Shown here one piece after another: positions 1 to 10,260 of a DNA stretch of 64,000 nt. Source of the stretch: Pirellulales bacterium. GTDB lineage: Bacteria; Planctomycetota; Planctomycetia; Pirellulales; JAICIG01. Position numbers and translations under genes: made by a program. Location of the stretch: the NCBI GenBank assembly GCA_035533075.1, contig DATLUO010000064.1, positions 12,573-76,572 of the forward strand. The letters run 5' to 3'. A model generated the notes under the pieces. That model saw nothing but the letters and a program-made list of their open reading frames with translations. It was not told the DNA's origin and did no database searches. How positions within the stretch are numbered: position 1 is the first letter of the stretch; each line of letters opens with the position of its first letter.

Positions 1-207
1 GACTTCGTCTACCTGGTGAAGAAGGGCAAGAAGGACGAGGACACGGTCGATCTGCGTCAGGTGCAAGTCGGGCCGACGGAAGGCGAACAGACGGTGATCG
101 AGAGCGGCCTCGTGCCCGGCGACCGCGTCGTGACCGACGGCGTCGAAAAGCTGCAGCGCGGCGCCAAGATCAGCGAGCGGGGCAAAAAGGTAGCCGGTAG
201 ACAGTAG
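1..207 (+). CDS. RND efflux periplasmic adaptor (membrane-fusion protein), C-terminal end; 5' part lies outside the window
   Basis: The frame is open from the window edge. The tail 'VDLRQVQVGPTEGEQTVIESGLVPGDRVVTDGVEKLQRGAKI' is typical of HlyD/MdtA-type adaptors. The gene lies directly upstream of an RND permease. Confidence 0.75.
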   Translation, partial: DFVYLVKKGKKDEDTVDLRQVQVGPTEGEQTVIESGLVPGDRVVTDGVEKLQRGAKISERGKKVAGRQ

Positions 208-353
208 ACGGCAGAGGGGGAGGCTGGAGAAAGAACCAATGTCGCACCGCAAGCCGATCAGGCATCAGGCGTCAAGCAATTGCCAATTTGCAATTTGCAA
301 TTTGCAATTCGCAATCTTCGCTCCCCGTCTGCCGTCTACCGTCTACCGTCTAC
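197..353. repeat. Period-7 tandem arrays forming an inverted pair (GTAGACN units, 197-223 vs 321-353) around a CAATTTG x5 array (284-318)
   Basis: The left arm is 'ggtagacagtagacggcagagggggag'. The reverse complement of the right arm is 'gtagacggtagacggtagacggcagacggggag'. The 7-nt register is continuous from about 262 to 353. The element overlaps the adaptor gene's stop codon (205-207). Confidence 0.85.
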
Positions 354-390
354 TTTTCTCCGGCCGTCTACCCACCTCCGGTCGATCCCC

Positions 391-3300
391 ATGAGTCCCT
401 CCCGGCCTTTCATCCTCCGCCCGGTGGCCACCGTGCTGTTGATGGTCGCCATCGTGCTGGTCGGGGCGGTGGCCTATAAGCAGTTGCCGGTGTCGGCCTT
501 GCCGCAGGTCGATTACCCGACCATCCAGGTCGTGACGTTCTATCCCGGCGCCAGCCCCGAGGTGATGACTTCGTCGGTCACGGCGCCCTTGGAGCGGCAG
601 TTTGGCCAGGTGCCCGGCTTGACGCAAATGACGTCGAGCAGCTCGGAAGGTTGCTCGGTCGTGACGCTGCGGTTCACGCTCGAGCTTGATATCGACGTCG
701 CGGAGCAGCAGGTGCAAGCGGCCATCAACGCCGCCAGCACCTTTCTGCCCCGCGACCTGCCCAACCCGCCGATCTATACCAAGACGAACCCGGCCGACGC
801 CCCCATCCTCACTCTGGCACTCTCTTCGGAAACCTTGCCGCTGGCCAAAGTCGAAGACCTGGCAGACACTCGGCTGGCACAGAAAATCTCGCAGCTTTCG
901 GGCGTCGGCATGGTGAGCATCAGCGGCGGCCAGAAACCGGCCATCCGCATTCAGGCCAACCCCACCGCGCTCTCGTCGCTGGGCATGGGCATGGAAGACC
1001 TGCGGCTGGCGCTCATCCAGGCCAGCGTCAATCAGGCCAAGGGCAGCTTCGATGGCCGCCGGCAGGCATTCACCATCGGGGCCAACGACCAGGTGCTCAC
1101 CAGCAGCCAATATCGCAAGCTCATCATTGCCTATCGCAACGCGGCGCCCGTGCAGTTGGCCGACGTGGCCGATGTGATCGACGGCGCCGAGAACGTGCGG
1201 CAAGCGGCCTGGATGAACGACACGCCCGCCGTGATTCTCAACATCCAACGCCAGCCGGGGGCGAACATCATCGAGGTGGTCGACCGCATCCACGAGCTAC
1301 TCCCGCAGTTGACCGCCTCGCTCCCGTCCTCGATCAAAGTGAAGGTGCTCACCGACCGCACGGTGACGATTCGGGCCAGCGTCGAAGACGTGCAGTTCGA
1401 GCTGATGCTGACCATCGGCCTGGTGGTGCTGGTCATTTTTCTCTTCCTCCGCAATCTGCCGGCCACGATCATCCCCAGCGTCGCGGTGCCGCTGTCGCTG
1501 ATCGGCACGTTCGGCGTGATGTACCTGCTCGACTACAGCTTGAACAACCTCACGCTGATGGCCCTCACCATCTCGACCGGCTTCGTGGTCGACGACGCCA
1601 TCGTGATGATCGAGAACATCTCGCGCTACGTCGAAGAAGGCGAGGCGCCGCTGGCCGCCGCGTTGAAAGGTTCCGAAGAAATCGGCTTCACCATCGTCTC
1701 GCTCAGCGTCTCGTTGATCGCCGTGCTGATCCCGCTGTTGTTCATGGGAGACATCGTCGGGCGGCTGTTTCGCGAGTTCGCCGTAACGCTGAGCGTCACC
1801 ATTTTGCTCTCCGCGGTCGTCTCGCTCACGCTCACGCCGATGATGTGCGCCAAGATGCTGCGGCACCGGCCGGTCGCGCAGCACGGCTGGTTTTATCGGC
1901 TATCAGAATACGGCTTCGAGACCGTTATCCGTTGGTACGGCAAGACGCTGAATGTCGTGCTCCGGCATCAGCCCACGACGCTGCTGGTGGCCGTGGCCAC
2001 GCTGGTCGGCACCGTTTATCTCTACGTCGTCGTGCCGAAGGGCTTTTTCCCGGTGCAAGATACGGGCGTAATCCTGGCCATCTCCGAGGCCCCGCAGAGC
2101 GCCTCGTTCGAAGCGATGCGAGAGCGGCAGCAGGAGCTGAACCGGGCCATCCTGGAAGACCCGGCCGTCGAAAGCCTGTCGAGTTTCATCGGCATCGACG
2201 GCACGAACACCACGCTCAACAGCGGCCGCATCCAGATCAATCTCAAGCCGCTGGAAGAACGCCACGCCACCGCCAGTGAAATCATCCGCCGTTTGCAGCC
2301 GCGGCTGGCGAAAGTGTCGGGCATCACGCTCTTCATGCAGCCCGTGCAGGATTTGACGGTCGAAACCCGCGTCAGCCGCACGCAGTATCAATACAGCCTG
2401 GAAGATCCCGATGCCAAGGAATTGAGCGAATGGGCGCCGCGGTTCGTCGACAAACTGCAAGCGCTGGGCGAGCTGCGCGACGTGGCCAGCGACCAGCAGA
2501 CCGAGGGCCTGCAGGCCAAGGTGGTGATCGACCGCGACACGGCCTCGCGGCTGGGCATCACGCCGCAGATGATCGACGACGCCCTCTACGACGCATTCGG
2601 GCAGCGGCAGATATCGATCATGTTCACGCAGCTTAACCAGTATCGCGTGGTGCTGGAGGTGAAGCCCGACTTCAAGAACAGCCCGCGCGACCTGGAAGAG
2701 ATTTACCTGCGGTCGGCCCACGGCACGAAGACGCCGCTGGGAGCATTGAGCCGCATGCAATACGCCAACGCTCCGCTGGCGGTGAACCACCAGGGGCAGT
2801 TTCCGGTGGTGACGGTCTCGTTCAACCTGGCGCCGGGCGTGTCGCTGGGCGAGGCGGTCGAGGCCATCAAACAGGCCAAGGAAGAAATCGGCATGCCGCG
2901 GAGCATCGTGGCCGGCTTTCAAGGCACGGCCGAAGCGTTTCAGGCGTCGCTCAAAAACGAGCCGCTCTTGATCCTGGCGGCCTTGATTACGGTCTACATC
3001 GTGCTGGGCGTGCTCTACGAAAGTTACATCCATCCGATCACGATTCTTTCGACATTGCCGTCGGCGGGCGTCGGGGCGTTGGTGGCGTTACTCTTGTGCC
3101 GCACCGACCTGAGCGTGATCGCCCTGATCGGCATCATTCTTTTGATCGGCATCGTGAAGAAAAACGCGATCATGATGATCGACTTCGCTTTGGAGGCGGA
3201 ACGCACGCAAGGCATGACGCCGCGCGAAGCGATTTATGAGGCGTGCCTGTTGCGGTTTCGCCCGATCATGATGACCACCATGGCCGCGCTCTTGGGCGGC

Positions 3301-3465
3301 GTGCCTTTGGCGCTGGGCACGGGGGTCGGCAGCGAACTGCGGCGTCCGCTGGGCATTACGATCATCGGCGGCCTGATCTTCAGCCAGATCCTGACGCTCT
3401 ATACGACGCCGGTGATCTACCTGGCTTTCGACCGTCTTGGCCGCAGGTTTCGCCGGACTCGCTGA
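391..3465 (+). CDS. RND multidrug efflux permease, MdtB/MdtC/AcrB type
   Basis: The ORF spans 280-3465. The likely start is ATG 391 ('[25 protein letters not shown]...[41 protein letters not shown]'), which is a canonical HAE1 N-terminus. The protein is about 1024 aa with a 12-TM architecture. Confidence 0.95.
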   Translation: MSPSRPFILRPVATVLLMVAIVLVGAVAYKQLPVSALPQVDYPTIQVVTFYPGASPEVMTSSVTAPLERQFGQVPGLTQMTSSSSEGCSVVTLRFTLELDIDVAEQQVQAAINAASTFLPRDLPNPPIYTKTNPADAPILTLALSSETLPLAKVEDLADTRLAQKISQLSGVGMVSISGGQKPAIRIQANPTALSSLGMGMEDLRLALIQASVNQAKGSFDGRRQAFTIGANDQVLTSSQYRKLIIAYRNAAPVQLADVADVIDGAENVRQAAWMNDTPAVILNIQRQPGANIIEVVDRIHELLPQLTASLPSSIKVKVLTDRTVTIRASVEDVQFELMLTIGLVVLVIFLFLRNLPATIIPSVAVPLSLIGTFGVMYLLDYSLNNLTLMALTISTGFVVDDAIVMIENISRYVEEGEAPLAAALKGSEEIGFTIVSLSVSLIAVLIPLLFMGDIVGRLFREFAVTLSVTILLSAVVSLTLTPMMCAKMLRHRPVAQHGWFYRLSEYGFETVIRWYGKTLNVVLRHQPTTLLVAVATLVGTVYLYVVVPKGFFPVQDTGVILAISEAPQSASFEAMRERQQELNRAILEDPAVESLSSFIGIDGTNTTLNSGRIQINLKPLEERHATASEIIRRLQPRLAKVSGITLFMQPVQDLTVETRVSRTQYQYSLEDPDAKELSEWAPRFVDKLQALGELRDVASDQQTEGLQAKVVIDRDTASRLGITPQMIDDALYDAFGQRQISIMFTQLNQYRVVLEVKPDFKNSPRDLEEIYLRSAHGTKTPLGALSRMQYANAPLAVNHQGQFPVVTVSFNLAPGVSLGEAVEAIKQAKEEIGMPRSIVAGFQGTAEAFQASLKNEPLLILAALITVYIVLGVLYESYIHPITILSTLPSAGVGALVALLLCRTDLSVIALIGIILLIGIVKKNAIMMIDFALEAERTQGMTPREAIYEACLLRFRPIMMTTMAALLGGVPLALGTGVGSELRRPLGITIIGGLIFSQILTLYTTPVIYLAFDRLGRRFRRTR

Positions 3466-3468
3466 ACG

Positions 3469-4077
3469 ATGGAGCTCGTCCCTGCGAACAACCCGTTCAG
3501 CACGCGGCGCACGCGGCCGGGGGCGATCGCGTTTCGCTTCGAAGATGGCGAGGAAGCCGGCACGGTCGTTGAGCGGCTGAGGTCGAACGAGTGGTGGGGC
3601 CAGATCGTGGGTCCTCACGGCAGCGGCAAATCGACGTTGCTTGCCACGCTGCTGCCGGCGCTCGAAGCAGCCGGCCGTCGCGTGCAACTCATCGCGCTGC
3701 ACGAAGGCGAGCGCCGTTTGCCTCTGGTCAAAGACGCTTGGCGGGGACTCTCCGCGTCAACGCAAATCATCGTCGATGGCTACGAACAGCTTGGTCCGTT
3801 TGCCCGTTGGTCGCTGACCCGCCGCTGCCGCAGGTGCGGCTGTGGCCTGCTGGTGACGACGCATCGCGATCTTGGCCTGCCGACGATCTGGACGATGAAT
3901 CCGCGTCTCGAATTAGCCAAGGATCTGGTCCGCGATCTTCTTCCGCCGGGCGACGAGACGATCGCGGATCGCGACATCGAATCGGCCTGGCACGCTCGCC
4001 ACGGCAATCTGCGCGAGGCGTTGTTCGACCTCTACGACTTATTCGAGCAGCGCCAGCCAGAAGGGCGGGAGGCGTAA
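3469..4077 (+). CDS. Small P-loop NTPase, function unknown
   Basis: It carries the Walker A motif 'GPHGSGKST'. It starts 3 nt after the RND stop codon. Codon usage looks coding. Confidence 0.7.
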   Translation: MELVPANNPFSTRRTRPGAIAFRFEDGEEAGTVVERLRSNEWWGQIVGPHGSGKSTLLATLLPALEAAGRRVQLIALHEGERRLPLVKDAWRGLSASTQIIVDGYEQLGPFARWSLTRRCRRCGCGLLVTTHRDLGLPTIWTMNPRLELAKDLVRDLLPPGDETIADRDIESAWHARHGNLREALFDLYDLFEQRQPEGREA

Positions 4078-4362
4078 GCCGCGCCGGTGTTTTCTCATTG
4101 CAACGGCCCCAATCATGACCTAGTGTTGCCTAGGTCGGGGCTGCCGGTGCGGCCAGGTAGCAGAACTCGTGAGAGTTCTGGCTTGGTTCGCGATGGTGAC
4201 TGACTTCTCATGCTCATCCGCTACCTCGACAGAACCGGCACAACCGGCATAATCGCGAGTCTTTACCAAATTACCAAGAAACATCGAAAATCATTGACAA
4301 ATCCGCGGGGCCGCGGTCTGATGAGAAAAAGCGACCGAGTTTCCTCAAGTTTCGGGTGTCTC

Positions 4363-5280
4363 ATGAATTCGAAAACGTTCCGCATCCTCTTGACCGGCGC
4401 CGTGGCGGCGGCCGCCCTTCTGGCCGTTCCGGCGGAAAGCCACGCCATTTTCGAATGGCTGACCGGCTGCTGTGGCGGCAAGAAGACGCCGACCTATGGC
4501 GCCGCGCCCGTGTACGCCGCGGCGGCGCCGGCCGATCCGTGCTGCGCCCCGCCGCAGGTGCAAACGGTGAACTACGTGCCGCAGACCTGCTACCGCACCC
4601 AATACGTCAGCGTGCCGGTGACGACCTACCGGCCCGCGACCGGCCGCGACCCGTGTACCGGCTGCCCCGTGACCTGCATGCGGCCCATGACCACCATCGT
4701 GCAGCAAGCGCGGCTGGTGCCCTACACCACCTACCGCATGGTGCTTTCCAGTCCCTGCGGCGGAGCAACGGCTCCCGCGACGGCCGCCAGTTATGCACCA
4801 GCGTACAACGTCGGCTCCGGCTATGCTCCGCCCGCCGCTGCGTGCTGTGGCGGCAGTTCGGCCGCGCCCATGACGTATGCACCCGCGGCCGCCTCGCCCT
4901 ACTACGGCAGCGCCTCGCCGAGCGGTGCGATTGATTCCAGCACCATCATCCGCTCCAGCAACGGCGCCGCCTCCACCGCGCCGTCCGGCGATTCCGGCAA
5001 CCCCACCTTCAAGCAGCCGGCCTCGGGGCTGAACTCGCAGAAACCGATTCCATCCCCGGAGAAGGATCCGGCCGACAACGGGTCTGATTCAGACGCGGAC
5101 TCCGGCAAGGGCGCCGTGCTTTCGCCGCGGCTGTTTCAGCCGAACGATCGCACGACCTCGTACCCGATTCTTCGCGTCAACAGGTACCGGCCGATTTCCT
5201 ACCGCGAACCCTTACTGCAAGCTCCGGCCGGGCCGCAACGTCCGCTCGGCGCCGACGGCTGGCGTCCCACGACGCGGTAG
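4363..5280 (+). CDS. Secreted Cys/Pro/Tyr/Ala-rich protein of unknown function
   Basis: A signal peptide 'MNSKTFRILLTGAVAAAALLAVPAESHA' begins at ATG 4363, inside ORF 4210-5280. CC pairs and 'VPxTxYR' motifs follow. An intrinsic terminator lies downstream. Confidence 0.7.
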   Translation: MNSKTFRILLTGAVAAAALLAVPAESHAIFEWLTGCCGGKKTPTYGAAPVYAAAAPADPCCAPPQVQTVNYVPQTCYRTQYVSVPVTTYRPATGRDPCTGCPVTCMRPMTTIVQQARLVPYTTYRMVLSSPCGGATAPATAASYAPAYNVGSGYAPPAAACCGGSSAAPMTYAPAAASPYYGSASPSGAIDSSTIIRSSNGAASTAPSGDSGNPTFKQPASGLNSQKPIPSPEKDPADNGSDSDADSGKGAVLSPRLFQPNDRTTSYPILRVNRYRPISYREPLLQAPAGPQRPLGADGWRPTTR

Positions 5281-5332
5281 CACGCTTGGAAACACCCCGT
5301 ACTAGGTTTGTCGAAGCCTGGTGACCCACAGC

Positions 5333-5373
5333 GCCCGCTTTGTCGCGTCCAACGCGGCGAAGCGGGTTTTTTT
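5333..5373 (+). terminator. Rho-independent terminator
   Basis: 'gcccgctttgtcgcgtccaacgcggcgaagcggg' forms a GC-rich stem-loop and is followed by seven T residues. Confidence 0.65.
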
Positions 5374-5396
5374 CGCGCGCTGAAGCTTCGTGATGC

Positions 5397-5490
5397 CTCT
5401 GTAGGGAACGGACTCCGTGCCGTTCCGCGCGCACCGAACGATCGTCAATCGGCATTCGGCGGAACGGCACGGAGTCCGTTCCCTACAGAG
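5397..5490. repeat. REP-like pair: perfect 32-bp inverted repeat with a 30-nt spacer (family R1, 'CTGTAGGGAACGGACTCCGTGCCGTTCCGC')
   Basis: Arm 5397-5428 is the exact reverse complement of arm 5459-5490. Each arm also contains its own GGAACGG/CCGTTCC hairpin. The right arm contains the TAG stop of the minus-strand gene that ends at 5483. Confidence 0.9.
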
Positions 5491-5908
5491 TGTTCTGCGC
5501 GACCGTCGGCAGCGAGCGGTGAAAGTGAACGTGACGCCATTGGCCGTCGCGCCGCTGCCAAACGCGGGTCTCTTCGGTGGCGATCGTCACCGGCCCGCCC
5601 GCGGCCGCCTTTTGCACCAGCCGCACATAGCTCACCACCGCGGCCTCCGTTCCCAGCCAGCGCACGTGCGGCGAAGCCATCGTCACGCGCCGTGCCTCGG
5701 TGCCCGGCCCAAGATCGAAGTAGAACCGATGGAACGGCATCCCTTCGATCAACTGACCGCGTCCTTCGGGCTCGAAAGCGGTGAGCGACGGGTCGCACAA
5801 TTCTTCGTAAGTCTGCCAGTCGGCCCCCAGAATGCTCTCCAGCAGCCGCTGATTGAGCGCCAGAATCTCGTCGTTTTGTTGATCCATCGCATCCCTTGCC
5901 GATCGCAT
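5483..5908 (-). CDS. NTF2/SnoaL-like protein resembling the CaMKII association domain
   Basis: The segment '[50 protein letters not shown]' matches the CaMKII-AD / DUF4440 pattern. An alternative start is ATG 5887. Confidence 0.8.
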   Translation of the reverse strand: MRSARDAMDQQNDEILALNQRLLESILGADWQTYEELCDPSLTAFEPEGRGQLIEGMPFHRFYFDLGPGTEARRVTMASPHVRWLGTEAAVVSYVRLVQKAAAGGPVTIATEETRVWQRRDGQWRHVHFHRSLPTVAQNTL

Positions 5909-5966
5909 TGCCCGCTTTTTGACGTTCGAGCTTGTCCCACCCTACGTCTGTTCTAAAATAGCGGGC

Positions 5967-7640
5967 ATGGGACAACAATACATTTATCAGATTTCCGGGC
6001 TGACCAAGAAATATGGGCAGCGCGAAGTGCTCAAAGAGGTCTGGCTGGCGTTCTATCCGGGGGCCAAAATCGGCGTGCTGGGCCGCAACGGTTCGGGCAA
6101 GAGCACGCTGCTGCGAATCATGGCCGGCGCCGACAAGGATTTCGACGGCGAGGCCCGCCTGGCCGACGGCTTCTCCGTCGGTTACGTGCCACAGGAGCCG
6201 AGGCTCACGCCCGACAAAGACGTGCGAGGCAACCTCGAAGAAGCCGTGGCCGGCACGCGGGCCTTGCTGAAGCGGTTCGACGAGATCAATGCCCGCTTCG
6301 CCGAGCCGCTCGACGACGCTCAGATGGAAAAACTGCTGGCCGAACAGGCCAAGGTGCAAGACCAGATCGACGCCGTCAACGCCTGGGAACTCGACCGGCA
6401 GATGGAAATCGCCATGGACGCCATGCAGTTGCCGCCCGCCGACGCCGACGTCGGCAAGCTGTCGGGCGGAGAGCGCCGCCGCGTGGCGTTGTGCAAGATG
6501 CTGTTGGAAAAGCCCGACCTGCTGTTGCTCGACGAACCGACCAACCATCTCGACGCCGAGAGCGTCGCCTGGCTGGAGCGGCACCTGCACGAGTATTCGG
6601 GCACCGTCGTGGCGGTGACGCACGACCGCTATTTTCTCGACAATGTGGCCGGTTGGATCTTGGAAATCGACCGCGGCCGCGGCATTCCCTGGGAGGGCAA
6701 TTATTCGTCCTGGCTGGAGCAGAAGAAGGAGCGCCTGGTCCGCGAAGAAAAGGCCGCCAGTGCCCGGCAAAAGACGCTCGAGCGCGAGCTGGAATGGATT
6801 CGCATGGCGCCGCGGGCCCGGCAGGCGAAAAACAAGGCCCGCATCAAAGCCTACGAAACGATGTCGGCCGAGCGGTTCGAAGACCGGCAAGAAGAGTTCG
6901 AAATCCAGATTCCGCCCGGCAAGCACCTGGGCGACCTGGTGATCGAGGCCAGCCATCTAGGCAAGGGCTACGGCGACCGCCTGCTGATCGACGATTTGAC
7001 GTTCCGCCTGCCGCCGGGCGGCATCGTGGGCATCATCGGCCCCAACGGCGCGGGCAAGACGACGCTGTTTCGCATGCTGGTGGGGCAGGAGCGGCCCGAT
7101 GCCGGCGAGCTGCGCGTCGGCCCGACCGTCGAACTGGGCTACGTCGACCAGAACCGCGATGCGCTCGACGCCGAGAAGACCGTTTTTGAGGAGATTTCGG
7201 GCGGATACGACAATCTCGATATGGGCGGGCGGCGCATCCCGTCGCGGGCCTACGTGGCGCGGTTCAACTTTCAGGGGAGCGATCAGCAGAAACGGGTCGG
7301 CACGCTGTCGGGCGGCGAGCGGAACCGCGTTCACCTGGCGAAGCTGCTGCGCCGAGGCTCGAACGTCATGCTGTTGGACGAGCCGACGAACGATCTCGAC
7401 GTCGATACGCTGCGGGCCTTGGAAGAAGCCATCGTCAACTTCGCCGGCTGCGTGGTGGTGATCTCGCACGATCGCTGGTTCTTGGACCGCCTGGCCACGC
7501 ATATTCTGGCGTTCGAAGGCGACGGCTACGTCCACTGGTGTGAAGGGAACTTTCAGACCTACGAGGAGCAGCGTCGCGAGCGACTGGGCCTCGCCGCGGA
7601 CGAGCCGCACCGTTTCCGATACAAGAAGCTGCAGCATTAG
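5967..7640 (+). CDS. ettA: ABC-F energy-dependent translational throttle protein EttA
   Basis: The start '[17 protein letters not shown]...[26 protein letters not shown]' is EttA-like. There are two ABC cassettes with '[12 protein letters not shown]' and '[12 protein letters not shown]', and the length is about 557 aa. Confidence 0.93.
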   Translation: MGQQYIYQISGLTKKYGQREVLKEVWLAFYPGAKIGVLGRNGSGKSTLLRIMAGADKDFDGEARLADGFSVGYVPQEPRLTPDKDVRGNLEEAVAGTRALLKRFDEINARFAEPLDDAQMEKLLAEQAKVQDQIDAVNAWELDRQMEIAMDAMQLPPADADVGKLSGGERRRVALCKMLLEKPDLLLLDEPTNHLDAESVAWLERHLHEYSGTVVAVTHDRYFLDNVAGWILEIDRGRGIPWEGNYSSWLEQKKERLVREEKAASARQKTLERELEWIRMAPRARQAKNKARIKAYETMSAERFEDRQEEFEIQIPPGKHLGDLVIEASHLGKGYGDRLLIDDLTFRLPPGGIVGIIGPNGAGKTTLFRMLVGQERPDAGELRVGPTVELGYVDQNRDALDAEKTVFEEISGGYDNLDMGGRRIPSRAYVARFNFQGSDQQKRVGTLSGGERNRVHLAKLLRRGSNVMLLDEPTNDLDVDTLRALEEAIVNFAGCVVVISHDRWFLDRLATHILAFEGDGYVHWCEGNFQTYEEQRRERLGLAADEPHRFRYKKLQH

Positions 7641-7652
7641 GGCGGTCCTGCC

Positions 7653-8582
7653 ATGATTCCCACACTCTTTTCCGTCAGTTACGCCGGCTATTGGGGGCAG
7701 CATCGGCTGTCGTTGGCCGATTTCTTCCGCAAGGCGGCGGCGCTCGGCTACGAGGCCGTGGAAGTGAGCGGCAAGCGGCCGCACCTTTCGCCGCTCGACC
7801 ACAACGACGAAACGCTGGCCGAGCTGCGCTCCGCGGCGGAAGCGGCCGGCGTCGAGATCATCACGGTGGCCGGCTACACCGACTTCACCGGGGGACGCGC
7901 GACGCCCGAAGTCCCCTTCGTCGAATTGCAATTGGCTTACGTCGATCGGCTATCGCGGATGGCGCGGTCGCTGGGCGCGAAGATCGTGCGGGTGTTCAGT
8001 GGCTACTCGCCGGAGGCGGCAAACTACCAGTCCGACTGGGACAAGTGCGTGAAAGCTCTTTCGGAAGCGGCCTCGCTGGCGCAGGCGCAGGGCATCACCT
8101 TGGGCTTGCAGAACCATCACGACGTCGGGCTGTCGGTGGATGGCTTCGAGATGCTGCTCGACGACGTGGGCCATCCGAATCTGAAGGCCATGTTCGACCC
8201 CTGGTCGGTGGCCTTGGTGGGCGAAGACCTCTACCAAGCGGCGCGGCGGATGGCGCCGCGAATATGCCAAACGACGCTGGCCGATTACGTGCGCATCGAC
8301 CGCTATGCCTACGAGCCGTCGTTGGTGAATTACCGGCGGCTCGACCCGCCGACGGTGCGCGCGGTGCCGCTGGGCGAGGGATTCGTCGATCTCGACGCCT
8401 TTTTCGCCGGCCTCAAAGAAGGCGGCTTTGATGGCTGCGTCGCCTACGAGATGTGTTCGCCGTTGCGCGGAGGCGGCAGCGAGGCGAATCTCGATGCGGC
8501 CGCCGCGCGGAGCCTGGCCAAAATCCGGCAACTCATCGCACCTCCAATTGAGATGTCTGGCCGAAGGGATCGTCGCTCGTGA
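7653..8582 (+). CDS. Sugar phosphate isomerase/epimerase (xylose isomerase-like TIM barrel)
   Basis: Family-typical segments are present: 'GYEAVEV', 'GAKIVRVFSG' and 'ITLGLQNHH'. The length is 309 aa. Confidence 0.8.
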   Translation: MIPTLFSVSYAGYWGQHRLSLADFFRKAAALGYEAVEVSGKRPHLSPLDHNDETLAELRSAAEAAGVEIITVAGYTDFTGGRATPEVPFVELQLAYVDRLSRMARSLGAKIVRVFSGYSPEAANYQSDWDKCVKALSEAASLAQAQGITLGLQNHHDVGLSVDGFEMLLDDVGHPNLKAMFDPWSVALVGEDLYQAARRMAPRICQTTLADYVRIDRYAYEPSLVNYRRLDPPTVRAVPLGEGFVDLDAFFAGLKEGGFDGCVAYEMCSPLRGGGSEANLDAAAARSLAKIRQLIAPPIEMSGRRDRRS

Positions 8583-9033
8583 CGCCGCCCGGCAACGCCT
8601 GGACCGCGGCCATGAACTCCGGCCACGCGTTGGCGGCTGAGTTGCCCGTAAGCCGCTGATATAGTTCGGCCAAGGTTCTGGAATCACCGAGCGATACCAT
8701 CGCCTGGGCGGTCGCACCGAGCGTCTGGCCGAGACTCATCAGCCAAGACAAAAACGCTATTCCGCAACCGATGCTGTCGGGATCTTGGTCGGTCGCTTCC
8801 GTCTGGTCGACGTAGTCCGGCATCCCGTCCTGCGCCCAAGTGGGGGCCGTCGCGAAGTCGGGCAAGGCATTATTCCCGATCACCGCGGCGCACCAACGCG
8901 ACAGGGCCTCGCCCGTGCTCACGCCGCACAGGTTCCCGCCCATCGAGCATTCGCTCAACTCCGCCTCGAGCAGTGCCCCGACACGGGCAGAGTTGCCGAA
9001 AGAGGCGCAGACCTCGATGGCCGCCCCGGTCAC
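8533..9033 (-). CDS. Hypothetical protein
   Basis: 166 aa with a GTG start. The composition looks coding, and Arg content is low compared with the antisense frames. I recognised no family. A possibly related upstream frame (9030-9240) hints at a disrupted longer gene. Confidence 0.45.
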   Translation of the reverse strand: MTGAAIEVCASFGNSARVGALLEAELSECSMGGNLCGVSTGEALSRWCAAVIGNNALPDFATAPTWAQDGMPDYVDQTEATDQDPDSIGCGIAFLSWLMSLGQTLGATAQAMVSLGDSRTLAELYQRLTGNSAANAWPEFMAAVQALPGGVTSDDPFGQTSQLEVR

Positions 9034-9890
9034 ATAGTCGCAGCCGCCGTGGTCGGCCCCGCCGGTGGCCCTGGCTCCTCCTGCCGCAAGCGGCTGCTGA
9101 CCACGACACCGTGGTCACGGCATCCTTTCGCCATTTCGATCTGCAAGACGCTGACTTTGCCGATGAGGTGGCCTGGCCGCGTCGCGCGGAGATCACGAGC
9201 CCGACGTGCCGCTGGTCTCGTCATCATAGCGGCCAAGCGGGGCGCTGGCAAAAGAATTCTTTGTCGATTCCGGACGCCAGCCCGTCTTGCGGCCGTAGGA
9301 AGTTTTCTCGCCAACCCCCCATTCGCTCCAGCATCGCCAACCCAACTCGCCGCAGAACGTTGGCGGCGGCACGAGTGAATAAACTCCTGCGTCGGAAAAA
9401 AGGACAAAAAAATTCGGCGGCCCGCGCAGTATCTACTCTAGTGAGCCTGATCTTTGTCCGCAGTCGTCCAGCACGGAGCAGTGCGATGCCGAACGTCAAA
9501 CTATCCCAGAGCAGTCAAGCCTTTGTTCCAGGCATTCACCCGCAGCCAGGTGGATGCGCGCACGGCGAGGGACGCTCTTTCGGAATCCAACCGATCGGCG
9601 TTATCTCCGAAGATGCCTTAGCAGCAGCGCAGCAGTCGCCCACAGTCGCCACCATCCGGCGTCGACAGTTCATCCAGGTCTCGCCCGCTGAAATCGTGGT
9701 GACGGGCATTGCCCGCGCAACACCGGACTCCGTCACGCTCCACGTAGAGGGAACGATCGGCGCCGCCCCCCACAACTTCGACGTGACGTTTGCGCTCGAC
9801 ATGCCAAACGAGCGGCTTGTCGTCACGCTCAACCAGGCGCGGCCGGCTGCTTGCCGCGGGTCGTGGACCTGCCGGACGGCGAACCACCCA

Positions 9891-10260
9891 CACCAACTCG
9901 TGCGCGTCGATCGCGAAGACGATCAGCCGATCCACCGCGAACTGGAAGACCGCTTGCTGGCGGTAATTGTCGAGCGACTGGCAGGTTGCGATGCGGTGTT
10001 GATTTCGGATTATCGCAAAGGCGTATGCACGCCGCGGTTGTTGAAACGGCTCATTTCGGCGGCCGCGCGGCGGCGGATTCCTACGCTTGTCGATCCCGCT
10101 CGCGACGTCGATTACGGGCGTTACCACGGGGCAACCTTGCTCAAGCCGAATCGTTTGGAGGCGCAAATCGCCAGCGGGGCAACAATCTGCTCGCCCAGCG
10201 ATGCCCTGGCCGCCGGCCGACTGCTCTGTGAGCGGTCCCGCGTCGAAACCGTGCTGGTTC
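9891..10260 (+). pseudogene. Internal fragment of a D-beta-D-heptose 7-phosphate kinase-like (RfaE/HldE domain I, PfkB family) gene
   Basis: 'HQLVRVDREDDQPIHRELEDRLLAVIVERLAGCDAVLISDYRKGVCTPRLLKRLISAAARRRIPTLVDPARDVDYGRYHGATLLKPNRLE' matches the middle of HldE kinase domains. Both the N-terminal third and the C-terminal ATP-binding part are missing. Confidence 0.6.

Noticed and set aside
4318-4325. A 'CTGATGAG' hammerhead-ribozyme core motif upstream of the secreted-protein gene.
   Set aside because: No matching stem II, GAAA or cleavage-site arrangement follows, so the 8-mer is likely there by chance.
5445-6956. A 503-aa minus-strand ORF overlapping ettA.
   Set aside because: ettA on the plus strand is unambiguous, and the minus-strand frame has an antisense-type composition.
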